Assembly (NCBI RefSeq): GCF_947568905.1
Contig: NC_079167.1
Location: 8,308,001-8,372,000 of the forward strand
Source of the DNA: Ostrea edulis
Taxonomy: Eukaryota
Reading direction: 5' to 3'
DNA length: 64,000 nucleotides
Below are positions 1 to 12,400 of this stretch, one piece after another (the first letter of the stretch is position 1; every line of letters starts with the position of its first letter). The position numbers were made by a program, and so were the translations under genes. Under the pieces are notes generated by a model. That model saw nothing but the letters and a program-made list of their open reading frames with translations, was not told the DNA's origin and ran no database searches.

Positions 1-264
1 GAAAACAAACACCAATGCCTGAGTGTTTTGGTAGTAATGCCTCCAGAGAGGCCGTATTTTGCCCCTGGTGCCTACATCCCACACTGTCAGCTCTGAATTA
101 CCGAATTTCACTGTCTCTACATTAAATCCTATGGTAGGAATGGTCGTGACAACTTCTCCGAGTTTGTAATGGTACAGTATGCTGGTTTTACCGGCGGCAT
201 CTAATCCCAGTATCAGAAGTCGAATGGGTTCTCGGCGACAAAGTATACTACTAAGGTTCCCCAT
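1..264 (-). CDS. Atypical Arf-family small GTPase, copy 1 (5' 88 codons; 3' part lies outside the window)
   Basis: Hand translation from the ATG at 264: [88 protein letters not shown]. Has the Arf G1 motif GLDAAGKT, switch [13 protein letters not shown] and an MG myristoylation start. Paralogous to 13340-13978 and 20175-20813. Confidence 0.93.
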   Translation of the reverse strand, partial: MGNLSSILCRREPIRLLILGLDAAGKTSILYHYKLGEVVTTIPTIGFNVETVKFGNSELTVWDVGTRGKIRPLWRHYYQNTQALVFVF

Positions 265-591
265 TGCGATTTAAAAACTCTAGATATCAAACATGCCCTA
301 TATGTCTATATTTAGTACTGTCATTTCCTCCACGTTAAGGATATTACGTGGCAACATCAAAACATTTTCCCGTGAATGTCGATCCCGAAGCATGTTAAAT
401 CTTTAAATTATTATGACACCAAGGCGAACCGGGCTTATTATAATCGATAATACCGATCGAGCTATGAAAACACTGAGACCCTAAGGTTTATTAGAAGAGA
501 TAAAAGGAATCTCAGCGGATTTGATTTTTTTCAAAAGTTACGTCGATGAAATATAGTCTAAACTTGGACATTAATAAATACTTTTTTGATT

Positions 592-635
<44 letters not shown>

Positions 636-1022
636 TGGTATTCAAAATTTCAAGAAAGATAATCAGAATTGAATTCAAGCTATAAATGTTAACGACATAT
701 AATGTAAATTGACTAATATAATTCACTATTTTTACGCTAAAATTTGTCATTAAAACTAATAATATTTTCCCAAGAATATGCAAAGTCACAGCATGTACAG
801 CATATGTACAGCATGGCATGGTTTTCATCGAGACAATTTTGGTCTTACCCTGGTACAAAAATTCTTATTCATGGTATTCATATTTTATCAGTTACATTCA
901 TTTACTTAACCATACAGGATTAAACTTTCTACAAACGTCCTTGATTTTCATCCTTTTCAGGCTATATATTAGAAAGGTGAAGATAACGGACACTGATCAA
1001 TCTCATAACTCCTACAAGCAAT

Positions 1023-1066
<44 letters not shown>

Positions 1067-1069
<3 letters not shown>

Positions 1070-2073
1070 CACTAAAGTTCCAACAACATCCGATACCTCA
1101 AAGTGTCGGATTCACAACATGGATACAAGGTTATATACAAAAAATTATACAAAGCACTAAAATAACCAACAGAACGAACAACCAGATTGTCAAATTTTCG
1201 GGATGACCCGTCCTGCATGGTATCAACAAACCTACTGACTTCACCAGGATGGATACGGGCTAAACCCTTACTAGATTTTAAGCTTCATCTAGACCTACTC
1301 ATCTGATCATGTCCCCAACAGTGGTACTATGACCATTTTTGAACACATTTTTTTCCTTTTCAATTCCGTTTACAATCAGCCCACCCCTTTTAATTACTTT
1401 GACCTTCATAACCGATTGCTTACATGTAAATCTGTTTTTTGCACATCTACCCTATACATGATCAGTACGGGAATGTCTGATGTTGATTCAATTTCCTAGG
1501 CTGCTTATTCTTTGTTTTTGTTTGGAGTTGGTCCACTTTGTTTACTTATTCAGACTTGTTATTTACATTATCTTTCTCTCAAATTGTGTTCATTTCTTAC
1601 TTCATTTACATAGTTTATTTTTATTTTTATTTTGTGTGTGTGTGTGTGTGTTGATATTTTCTACTTATTATTATCTTTTATAAATTATTTATTCTTAATG
1701 CATAGTTAAAATAGAATCTCTCTGGATACGAGTTAGCTTTACTATTTGTCAACGTAATTGGGTTAACTCGTTCCACTTGAGATTAATTAAGTCTATTTTT
1801 ATCACTTCGTACATTTTGGATCAGCCCTTTGGACGGATAAGGCATGTCCTAATTCGCTCCACTTTTAACATTGATTGGCAAGCCTATAGACCAAAAACAT
1901 GTAGTCTGCGTTGTAAATACGTTTGTAGATTAGTGTAGTTGCAGTGCTAGATGTATTTATATGTAGTTTTTGTTATTATTCTCTGTTGATATTGGCCACA
2001 TAATGTAATTCTTTTCGTTTGTCCCGAAAATTTGACAATCTGGTTGTTCGTGTCGTTGATCATTTTAGTGCTT

Positions 2074-2078
<5 letters not shown>
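1067..2078. mobile_element. Unclassified repeat block with inverted AAGCACTAAA / TTTAGTGCTT termini between two (TA)n tracts
   Basis: 1146-1203 is an inverted match to 2021-2078 (aagcactaaaat...gaacaaccagattgtcaaattttcggga). (TA)n flanks at 1027-1067 and 2076-2112. Absent from the paralogous unit. Family not identified. Confidence 0.5.
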
Positions 2079-2116
<38 letters not shown>

Positions 2117-2198
2117 TGTAAATAAAGAATTCGGTATTTGATACAGTAAATACATCCAATAATAAAAGTCAAGAAACACAAAATTCGAATAACATTTC

Positions 2199-2237
2199 AC
2201 TGTTAGCGCTTTCGGCTTTAATGCCTCTTCAGACAGT
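2199..2237 (-). ncRNA. Minimal type-I hammerhead ribozyme in the inverted PLE terminal repeat
   Basis: Minus strand: ACUGU-CUGAAGA-GGC(AUUAAA)GCC-GAAA-GCGC-UA-ACAGU. Perfect 5-bp stem I, conserved core, palindromic GCGC stem III, CUA cleavage triplet. Confidence 0.85.
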
Positions 2238-2665
2238 TATAAAATAAAATAATATTGCTAAGTAACGTCAACATATCACGACGTAAGTAATTGTCCTTTG
2301 TGACGTCATAATAAATTACACTGGTAGCGGTATAATACACACAATATTAGACAAAACTTGGAAATCAATTACAGAGTTCAGTTCAATGTAGTTTCAATTT
2401 TACACAGTTATTTTCTATTAAGTTTGGGATTAAATAATTTTATAAAGTATTCCTCCTTTGTAACTCTGGAAATTTCGCAGTCATTATACATTTTATAAAA
2501 TGGAAATATGTTGAAATCTCCATGACCACAATTGGCAAAATGTTCGGAACATGGCGAATTTCTGATACTTGGATCGCGAATTTGCTGCTTGTGGACGCGC
2601 ACACGGGCGTTCAGTTTGTTGGTTTGTCCGATATAGTTTTCATTACAGGTAGGGCAGGTCATACA

Positions 2666-4002
2666 GTACCAACATACCACATGACTTGGGACTAGAAGCA
2701 GTGAAATTTTGGATTGAGAAATATCCAACAGAAATTAACGAAAGATTTTCTAAAGATTTTATACTTAAAGCTCTTCAAGTAGTTTTAGAAAATAACCACT
2801 TTCAATTTGATGATCAATTCTATCTTCAAATTAAAGGCACGGCCATGGGGACAAAGGTGGCTCCTACCTATGCAACCTTAGTAATGGGTTACTTGGAAGA
2901 AAAACTACAGAATAAACTTCCTGAGATGTTTGATGCAAATTTTGCACAATATATTCGACATAATTGGAAAAGATACCTCGATGATATTTTCATTTTTTGG
3001 AATAAAACTACAGATGATTTACAAAAATTCCGTGCTGAAATCAATCAATTCAATTTACTATGGATGTGAGTGATAAAGGACTACCATTTTTGGATCTTCG
3101 AATCATTAAGGATGATACCAATATAATCACGGATCTTTATTGCAAAGAAACAGATTCACATCAATATTTGGATTTCCATTCATGCCACCCTTCCCATACT
3201 AAACGTAACATTCCATACAACATGGCTAGACGGATATGTACAATAAATACGGATACTTCATTACGGTCAAAAAGACTGGAGGAATTGAAAGCATACCTTC
3301 GGCGACAACATTATCCGGAAAACCTCATTAATGACGGAATTACCAAAGCACGGAACACACCTATATCTATCTTAAGAAACTCCCGACACGAAGAAAACGA
3401 TGTAAACAGCGATATTCCTTTTGTAATTACGCATAACCCACGCAACCACAATATTTTTGAAACAGCTAGAAGATTTTTTCCTATATTAGAACAATCCCAA
3501 AATCTCAAAAACCTGATAAAAGAATCTCAAATAAAAAACAGCAGAAGACAGGCTCCTAATCTGAAGAGAATTCTAACGCGTGCCCGATTTACTACGAAAA
3601 ATTCCAAATCCGTGCAAAAATGTGGTGATTCACGTTGCGGTACATGTAATCATCTAGAGGAAGGCAGAGAAAAAATTCTTAAATGCGGCAAAAAATTAAC
3701 ACCAAATTCTAACATCACATGCAAATCCGAAAATGTAATATATTGTATGACCTGCCCTACCTGTAATGAAAACTATATCGGACAAACCAACAAACTGAAC
3801 GCCCGTGTGCGCGTCCACAAGCAGAAAATTCACGATCCAAGTATCAGAAATTCGCCATGTTCCGAACATTTTGCCAATTGTGGTCATGGAGATTTCAACA
3901 TATTTCCATTTTATAAAATGTATATTGACTGCGAAATTTCCAGAGTTACAAAGGAGGAATACTTTATAAAAATTGTTTAATCCCAAACTAAATAGAAAAT
4001 AA
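2666..4002 (+). pseudogene. Disrupted PLE ORF: RT C-terminal half plus GIY-YIG endonuclease
   Basis: ORF pieces 2686-3069 and 3060-3980 are joined by a frameshift near 3050. A second frameshift near 3970 (extra A) replaces FIKLFNPKLNRK*, which is intact in the inverted arm, with FIKIV*. Confidence 0.9.
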
Positions 4003-4172
4003 CTGTGTAAAATTGAAACTACATTGAACTGAACTCTGTAATTGATTTCCAAGTTTTGTCTAATATTGTGTGTATTATACCGCTACCAGTGTAATTTATT
4101 ATGACGTCACAAAGGACAATTACTTACGTCGTGATATGTTGACGTTACTTAGCAATATTATTTCATTTTATA

Positions 4173-4211
4173 ACCGTCTGAAGAGGCATTAAAGCCGAAA
4201 GCGCTAACAGT
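4173..4211 (+). ncRNA. Minimal type-I hammerhead ribozyme in the PLE 3' terminal repeat (one stem-I mismatch)
   Basis: ACCGU-CUGAAGA-GGC(AUUAAA)GCC-GAAA-GCGC-UA-ACAGU, with a C.A mismatch in stem I. Confidence 0.8.
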
Positions 4212-4520
4212 GAAATGTTATTCGAGTTTTGTGTTTTTTGACTTTTATTATTGGATATATATATATATATATTATTATATTATATAAGATGATAATAATT
4301 ACTAGTCGCAAGTATTTATAAATATAGATATAAATCCAGAATCAGGTATAGTAAACAAAATCTACAGAAGTAGTCTAATAAAAAGATTATAAACCGACTT
4401 AGTATACTCGACTACGGTAGTTTCTTTACTTCTTCAGGAGGAGAACTAAGCAATATTCAATATACTCCTGGAGAAGTTTAGAAACTAGTCGCGAGTATAT
4501 ATTTAAGGAGTGATTTTTAA

Positions 4521-5331
4521 TGGAAAGGCAACCCTAACCACATTGTTGCTTTTATGAATAAAGTATTACTTACTGATATTGTAAATAAAAGTCTTTAACA
4601 ATAAAAATCCCTGCTTAACGATTAAATCAATATTAGTCTATCATATCTTTTAAATTACCAGCCGCCAAGAGAAGGGCCATTGATGTTTAATTTATGACGT
4701 CACACCATCGGTTCCGGTTTATTTCATCAGCAGCACTGTAAATATGACAAGTCACGAACAGTTAAATTTGGAGCCGTATATATTTGAATCCATTATTTCG
4801 CAAGAAGAAATTCAGAAAAGAAGACGTTGTCGAATCGCAGATCAGGCAGAGGGTACACGTTTCTTCATACAAATTTATCAAACCTCAACTTGTCATTACG
4901 TAAATGATGGATCCACAGTTTACACAGTCTCTTCTTTTCAGGTGACTTGATGGGGTCAGGAATTTCGGGGGGAAAATTTTCTTTTACATCTCCCCTCCAC
5001 ATTAGTGTAATTAACTGCTTGACAGGAAGTCATCAACCTATTTACAATGTATTCGTAAAATCTACCACATGTACATCTTTGATGATCTTAGAATCTCATC
5101 AAAACCGGAACAGACGGTGTGACGTCAAAATTATTGATTTTTGTGGTCCTGAATACAAAAGAGTTCCACATCATGGCATCCTCTATAGTTGGCGGGAATT
5201 TCAATGTTTAACGTTTTCAAATTAGTACTGAAGCTTATCTAGGCCTTATATCAACAGCATAGTATGACAAATCTCTATCATACAATTAATCTTATCATTT
5301 ATCATGTAAATTTTTTAGGTTGCCTTTCCCT
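4521..5331. mobile_element. Non-autonomous Kolobok-like DNA transposon (internal deletion derivative)
   Basis: TTAA on both sides (4517-4520, 5332-5335) and imperfect TIRs GGAAAGGCAACC(C)TAA. The minus strand has a decayed THAP-like start (ATG 5033: MTSCQAVNYTN...IPDP...LWIHHLR). The plus strand has the start of a second ORF with a PY.FE motif (4744). Confidence 0.65.
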
Positions 5332-5659
5332 TTAATTGTGGTGCATATACGAGTATAAATTGATTTGGTTTAGTTTACGCTTTATTATTCGTTGCGGATT
5401 AACTGACCCAAATTATACGTGTATAACCTGGTTTGGATCGGTTTACGCTTTATAATCCGTGTAGCGATAATTGATAAAATTTCCAACTCCTGTCCTTTGA
5501 CCTATACCCAAAATCAGCATTCAAAGTCAAAATATCAAAAAATGCAATAATTTGCGGTTTTTAATTCTATGAATACATGTATTTCTACTACGTGAAAACT
5601 TGCCCTTCAGGGCTTGCATGCAGGATTGGCGTAAATCCATATATACATATGAGAAGACA

Positions 5660-6077
5660 TGAAGAGACATTATTTGTCGAAATGCGCATCTGGTGCATCA
5701 AAATTGGTACCGTATAAGTTTTACATTATGACCCCTGAGTCGAGGCCTATGCTGGTGGACTGTTAGTTCCCGAGGGTCTCTACAGCCCAGTAACTAAGTA
5801 CTCCGTTACTAGCTTGAAAATACGGATGTATATTTAATTGCTGTGGTAAAATTTAGAAATTCATTTCAAAATTAAGGATTATCTCCCTCATGCATAGCTC
5901 TTATCCTTAGACGAATTCGACTCCAGTTTTTTGACATTCTATTTTTCCCTAAAATAGCCTTTGTAAGTTTATTGTTATTTCGGATTTCAAAACTTTCGGT
6001 TGAGCATCACTGAAGAGACATTATTTGTCGAAATGCGCATCTGGTGCATCAAAATTGGTACCGTATAAGTTTTACAT
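5660..6077 (+). mobile_element. Retrozyme-like repeat: one 351-bp monomer plus a 67-bp terminal direct repeat containing a hammerhead
   Basis: 5660-5726 equals 6011-6077 (period 351). The repeated part is a hammerhead core. No coding capacity. Confidence 0.78.
6004..6047 (+). ncRNA. Minimal type-I hammerhead ribozyme
   Basis: GCAUCA-CUGAAGA-GACA(UUAUU)UGUC-GAAA-UGCGCA-UC-UGGUGC: 6-bp stem I with one G.U pair, 4-bp stem II, palindromic stem III, AUC cleavage triplet (after 6041). The upstream copy at 5660 lacks the C of CUGA and the 5' strand of stem I. Confidence 0.87.
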
Positions 6078-6504
6078 ATAAATATTGCATGTAGTTGAGG
6101 GTAACATTGGAAATTTTCACTCTTTAAGAAACCATTATCAACCTCGGCTACGCCTCGGTTGACAATGGTTTTCTCTGGGTGAAAAATGTCAATGTTACCC
6201 TCAATTACCTGCAATATTTCTTTTATTATACTGAATGTTATACATAAACAACAAAGCAGAAAGACTGTAAATGTCTGTTGACATTTTATCAATCACCGTC
6301 ATGCGATGTTTTGTATATTAATGCAGATATCCGCGTTTATTACAAACACCCAAACGCAGTCGTCAAACAATCTTCGGCGAACCTTACGCGCATAAATTTG
6401 ACGCCGTGATAATTTTAATAATATCACCTGTTGTCAAGTAATCTTACCCGTTGTTAGATACTATCACCCTGGAGCGTGTGCTTTCTATTCTCAGAGGGGA
6501 AATA

Positions 6505-6650
6505 TTATGCATTTGTTGACTGATTTTAGGGTCAACATGTGTTATGTCGGACCTGCGAACCAAACTCTTGCATGAGGCCGAAGGCAACAGCTTGGGTCGA
6601 GGGTCCAACATAACACCTGTTGATCCAAAACTCAGTCTACAAATGTTTTG
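6505..6650. mobile_element. Small fold-back (palindromic) non-autonomous element
   Basis: ttgactgattttagggtcaacatgtgttatgtcggacc is an imperfect inverted match to ggtccaacataacacctgttgatccaaaactcagtcta. Confidence 0.5.
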
Positions 6651-6980
6651 TTATACTTTCTCATTATATGAAATCAAATAATAAAACGGTAGCTAATGTA
6701 CATGTATGTATTATTCAATCAATAATTACCAGTTTTTGGATTCTTTAAACAATCAATATAGGCCTATATCACAGAATTAGGTTATCTTAAATGTAACTTG
6801 GTTATTTTATATATCTATTAACAACAATAGAACACTGATTAAAGGAACGAGCTCGGAATTCCTGTTTCTCCGGATATTTCAAATACATTTTCTAAATTAT
6901 CTAGAAGTAATATTGGTTGTATTGTCGCATATGAGGCGTGACGTCACAGTTCAAAAGTTCACTTGATGTTGACTGAACAG

Positions 6981-7239
6981 GGCTGCGTTCAAGATCGTAG
7001 CGGCTAGTTTAAGGGCTAGGTATGCCGGCTGATTTGTGCCATTTTACAAAAAGACGAGGCGAAAAGACAACAAAACGATATTTAGCAACTTTTCGTCTTG
7101 AAATAACGTAAAGATGACAAAATGATAATATCAGCTACTTTTCGCCTCAAAATAACGAAAAGACAACACATTGTAAAATGGCACAAATCAGCCACTATAC
7201 ATAGCTCCTAGGCTAGTCGCTACGATCTTGAAAGCAACC
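6981..7239. mobile_element. MITE (PIF/Harbinger-like, CAG target duplication) with a second nested inverted-repeat element at about 7020-7200
   Basis: TIR ggctgcgttcaagatcgtagcg / cgctacgatcttgaaagcaacc, flanked by CAG on both sides. Inner TIR ggctgatttgtgccattttacaa / ttgtaaaatggcacaaatcagcc. Confidence 0.6.
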
Positions 7240-8989
7240 CAGTACAACATACAAAAAAGGGGTGATGGTCAACATTTTACTGTGAGAACATTTGAATTAT
7301 TGGATTTTTAATTGCATTAATTTATATAGAAAGTAATTTATAAAGGTATAACAATATGCTTTTTCAATTGTTTCTTGGCCAATCAGATTCGAGTATTTTA
7401 CATGAAAGTATAATATAAAAGAATATGACAAATCGCGGTCCAGATGTTATTGTGAGGTGACGTTATGTTATATAATATGCCGCATGAATTTTTTAGTTGT
7501 TGCTTTATTGAGAGGCGGATCAAGCAAAGAAGCAAGAATCCTCCTTTCCCCAGTGATAAATGTATATCAAAATGAACAGAGCAATGTTTACTTGGTAAAT
7601 TTATAATTCGAAGTTGATATCTTTGTTTTGACCTATTATTGGGTCATCATACAGAGAAAGATGTTTTACAACAGTGATTTGTGTACAAGTAGAATCTATA
7701 CGGTTTGCTTGACAACGAAAAGAAACTCTGTGTATTAAACCAAAGTATCTCATTTCACCAGCTGACCTTTTATTCCATAGAAAGCCCGAAAACAGTGCTG
7801 TGGTGCAAATTTAAAGAAAGAAAAAATAGTTCCGGTAGCTGGTTGTCAAGGGATGTGTCCCCATGCCAAACCAGGTTAAACAAAAATAACTTGCACTCCT
7901 GAATTTGACCAATCAGAGACTAGAATACAATACAGTTGATTTTGTTTATCATCTTGGAATTAGTCCTTGAATTATCTAGATAAAAACAAAGAAAAGCACA
8001 CACACAAATATAATTTATTTAATATATGAATCGAAAAATATGGCGGAACTGAGAATTCTAGTATTTGATTAATTCATGACAGCTGTTATTGCACACAGTG
8101 TTAGGCTTTACGGGTACACGTCAAAAGAAATCGTAGAATATTTCAGACCTCACGTCAGCTTTAAAGTTTGTTTTGTAAGTAGTTTAACGGCCGTCATATA
8201 GAGACATCACCAGCTGTAGATGAAGTGTTTCAAATTTTGGCCTATGCATGGCGCTGACAGCTGTGGTAGTGATGGTCCTTTTATCAATCTAACAACTACC
8301 ATAACACAGGACGTCGATTGTCAAGGTCATATCCAAACATCCGTGATTTTCACTTTTAATGTCGTGCGCTTGAAGAAGGAATACCTAGTAATGTTATATT
8401 CACCAATAGAGCTTTCTACATGTATGTAGACTTCCTTCGCTTCAAACATCTGTCACAATTTTTAACCCAGTCCTCTGTATCAGACTCCGTCCAGGCCAGA
8501 AGAATCTCTCTCCTAATAATCCAAATGTTCGACTTTTCCAAGGATGACCCATGTCGTTATGAAGTTTTGTCAATGCTGACTTTAGAAGCTGTCCCCGAAG
8601 GATAAACGTTGTTTTCCTGAAGATTAAATATTGAGTTTCAAGTTGTCAAAGTTTCTCATTATTGTTATGTATCATTTATATAGAAAGAAATTTTTGCACT
8701 TTCATTTTTGGCAAATGTTTCTCATCCGCCAAAAGCCAACATTTTCAACACGCCAAAATTACCCGATATACCGTAATCACAACATATGTTAAAAATCTCA
8801 GGTTTGACCCGGGGACGGGGTCGAAAAGAGAACCCGTCCCTTCTAAATGCAAAGCGAAAGTTCTAACCACTAGGCTTCAAGTACCGGTAAAGCAAATTAG
8901 CTTTGAAATTAAGACTTATAGAAAAGGGAAGCTAAAATCATGATTTTATTGCCCCGGTACTTAACCTCAGAAGACAGATTTCATTAATT

Positions 8990-9845
8990 TGGTTATTTAT
9001 TTATTATTATTTATTGAAGAATAGGCATGTATACAAGAAAATAACACATAGAGACATACATTGAAAACGAGAGATCTTGTAAAATACATTGGGTACAAAG
9101 GAAAAATCTTTAAACTATTTGATATTAAAAATATGGTGGTTATACCAGGTAATGTATATGCCAAGGATTACTTATGAAAGCCATATGGCTTATTTCCAAT
9201 GATTGGTAAAGGTCTCTGTATACTGTGATGATAGCAAGATAGCTCGTGTAACGCATGGTCATCTGCAAGAAGAACTTAACTGAGAATGGACAACTCACCG
9301 TTAACAAGTTGTGGAAAAATCTAAATGATATACCGTCCTTAACTATTACAGAATCAGCTGTGAATGAAGCCTGTTCAGGGTCAGTGAGAGGATTTTATAA
9401 GTGGGGAAAGATATGCTAGTTTTAAGAACCTGTACAGTAAATTTAGTAATGGCAAATTGGTCTCTTTTCATGACTGCAGTTTTCCTTTTCTCTGAATTGA
9501 ATAGCTATATCCAGTAAAAAATGGATATAGAGCGGAGAGTAAACGAATATTATATCATTAGACAAAGAAGTCCCTTCAGTGGCAGTCAGTAAGATTTCTC
9601 CCAAAGAAATCATCCCTTCTCCTGGCTAAATGGCTACTATATCGTGACCTTTTCCCGCAACAATGGTAATACAGTAATCTTTGTCTATAGGAATGGCTAA
9701 TCTTAATTATGATTTTATACCTTATAATCATATTTCTACCCTCTGTAGCATTTCGTCCCATCCAGACATTTCTCTGTCCACCTGGATATCAATAATTTGC
9801 ATAAACGTGTACTTTTATCAATAATGTTCGGACATTCTTGATGAA
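8990..9845 (-). mobile_element. Old CR1/L2-type LINE 3' fragment (predates the duplication; paralog at 18546-19415)
   Basis: AATAAA plus (AAT)n tail at the low-coordinate end. Decayed C-terminal zinc-knuckle-like translation (...TSFHYLLTVSCPF...) in the paralog. Confidence 0.55.
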
Positions 9846-9849
9846 ACGA

Positions 9850-12400
9850 TCGATATTTCGATTTCAACAGTATTTTATTCATGTATATATAGAAAATACA
9901 TACATAAATAGGATTAGGCAGCAGACACAATGCCTATATAAGCCTTTCTCATAGGTCAAAGGTCAGTTATGACAAAATAAAATTAATATAGTACATGAAA
10001 ATATAACAAAATGATTGAAGAAAAAGAAATTTACAAATAAGAGAAAAGATAAACAATTATAAAAAGGGAGGATATGACTATGTGCCGGTTAAGTTAAGAA
10101 TATAACAATTAATACATACAATATTTTGGATTCAGAAGTACGTGTATGTTTAGCTGTACAGTGAAGTATTCAGTGAGTACATATTTACATACCTCTTGCA
10201 CAAGAATATCAAATACTGAATCTTCGACTTTTTTCAATGAAGGAATGAACTGTATCAAATATTTTTGAATTAGTACTAAAAGATTCGCCATTGACACCAT
10301 TTAACAATATTTGAACTGTAACTGGGATATTAATAATTGAACTTATGTTATTCAAGAGCATTTCTCTTTGTGCATTGTACTATGGACATTCCATGAATAA
10401 ATGGTAACTATCCTCACATAGATTACCACAAAGATTACAAGATGGATAACTAATAAGACAATGATTAAAGAGATGCGCATTAAGATTCCTAGCCTGATTG
10501 CGAAGTTGGCAATGTATGTTATTTNNNNNNNNNNNNNNNNNNNNNNNNNNNNNNNNNNNNNNNNNNNNNNNNNNNNNNNNNNNNNNNNNNNNNNNNNNNN
10601 NNNNNNNNNNNNNNNNNNNNNNNNNNNNNNNNNNNNNNNNNNNNNNNNNNNNNNNNNNNNNNNNNNNNNNNNNNNNNNNNNNNNNNNNNNNNTGTTTTGA
10701 AAGATGTAATGGAAGGTGATTTTGTTATGTCTTCAGGAAGGTTATTCCATAGTTTTATTGTTGCTAGTACAAAACTATTCATATATGATGATGTTCTAAC
10801 CTGAGGAACAGTATAAGTCCTAGAGGCCCTAAGGTTGTAATTATGATGTGATGATTGACACAATTCTAACATCTCTACAAGATAGTCCGGAGTATATCCA
10901 TTTATAATTTTATAGAGAAGAATAAGCCTATGATTTCTTCTTCTGATTTCTAAAGGTTCCCATCCCAGTTCAGTATAGAGTTTACTTCTTGAAGAATTAT
11001 ATCTCATTCCAGTAATAATTCGTGCTGCTTCAATTTGTACATCTTCTATAGTAATTTTGAATCTTGTACGCTACAACCATCCCATACAACATCAGCATAT
11101 TCTAGTACTGGTCTGATAAAAGAAAAAATATATTTGATAAGGGAGTCTCTACTAAGTGTGTATTTGAGCATTCTAAGAATACATGTATTTATACGATTGC
11201 ATGCTTTTTGGTAAATTCCTTCAATATGTGATGACCAACTTCCATTAGACTGGAATTGAATGCCTAGATGAGTATGCTTGTCACATTTCATAATTGGTTC
11301 ACCTTGAGTGCCAAAATGTATTGAAGGATAGGACATTGATTTTCGAGTGAAATCAACATTTACAGTTTTATTTGGGTTAAAATCCACTGCCCACTGCATA
11401 GACCAGCTTCTAATACTTTCAAGATCAGATGTTAATGACTGTGTTGAACTAATTACATCATCATCCACTATAACAAACAGAGATGTGTCATCTGCTAAAA
11501 GCCTTATATGATTTACCAAGTTAGTATTGATGTCATTTATGTATAATAAGAATAAAAAAGGTCCTAGTACAGACCCTTGAGGCACACCTGCTTCTGTACC
11601 CTTATATGTAGATGAATAACCTTCCAAGACTACTTTCTGAGCTCTGTCACTGATATAGTTCTCAATCCAATGATACAGATTACCCCGGATACCATTTTGT
11701 CTTAATTTGTGTAATAAACCCCTATGCCAGACCCTATCAAATGCCTTAGAAATGTCACAGAAGACAAATCTAACATCTTTACCTTTATCTAAATTTGATA
11801 TTATATTGTTATAAATTTCTATATGTTGATTTACAGTAGAATCGCCTGGTTGAAAACCGGACTGATATTTTAATAATAATTCATTATGATGAATAAAATT
11901 ATACAGGTGTTTGAATATAATTTTTTCCATAATTTTACATACTGAACTTGTTAGAGATATTGGTCTATAGTTGCCAGGGTCTTGTGGATCACCTTTATTT
12001 TTATATACTGGTGTAATACTGGCTTTCCCCCAAATATTGGGGAGAAGACCTTTTTTTGAGGGATAGATTAAAAAGTTTAGTAAAGGTGTTTTAATGGAGT
12101 TGGAAATATTTTTTTTTAGGATTTTAGGAAGAATGCCATCAGGACCAGGTGGGGTTTTTTTTTTATTGCTTAGGATTTTAAGTTGATCAAGTACGATCGA
12201 GATGTATGAAGACCTAGTATAAATGTTTGAATTGTGTAAAGGTTCGAAAGATACCATGCTGCATGGAGACCTCTAGCTCTCTGGGGAAATATTGGAACAG
12301 ACCAGAGAGCTTCAGATCTACCCCTTATAAAAACCTTCGATTTACGTTGCAACTTTTTTTCTTCGTACGGTTAAGGTCTTGTATCACTGTAATTCAATAT
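9850..12400 (-). mobile_element. CR1/L2-clade LINE, 5'-truncated, with disrupted ORF2 (RT domain and C-terminus); present only in this duplication unit
   Basis: ORF 11046-12257 has PGPDGI, YRPISLTS, YQSGF, FCDISKAFDRVWH, GVPQGSVLGP and ADD. ORF 10519-11007 is the thumb/C-terminal region. Past the N gap the frame continues IHCQLRNQARNLNAHLF...CNLCG...HLFMECP*...FIEKSRRFSI*. The empty site is visible at about 19417 in the paralog. Confidence 0.92.
10525..10692. other. Assembly gap (168 N) inside the LINE
   Basis: Run of n characters. Confidence 1.

Larger units (their letters stand above)
2154..4256 (+). mobile_element. Penelope-like retroelement (RT plus C-terminal GIY-YIG, Neptune-like Cys-rich linker), 5'-truncated, with an inverted copy of its own 3' end
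   Basis: RT motifs (Y)TNIPH, GTAMGTKVAPTYA and RYLDD; linker CGDSRCGTC; endonuclease VIYCMTCPTC..YIGQT. Arm 2154-2665 is the reverse complement of 3744-4256. (TA)n lies on both sides. Confidence 0.93.

Noticed and set aside
571-2159. Short ORFs containing YIYIYI or CVCVCV runs (also 15466-15729 and 25107-25436 in part)
   Set aside because: Translations of (TA)n, (TG)n and (CT)n microsatellites.
2686-3980. Selenoprotein-type or domain-permuted (Naiad-like) PLE
   Set aside because: The endonuclease is C-terminal to the RT and there is no in-frame TGA at Cys positions. The breaks are ordinary frameshifts.
10461-10719. ORFs spanning the N run
   Set aside because: Artefacts of translating an assembly gap.
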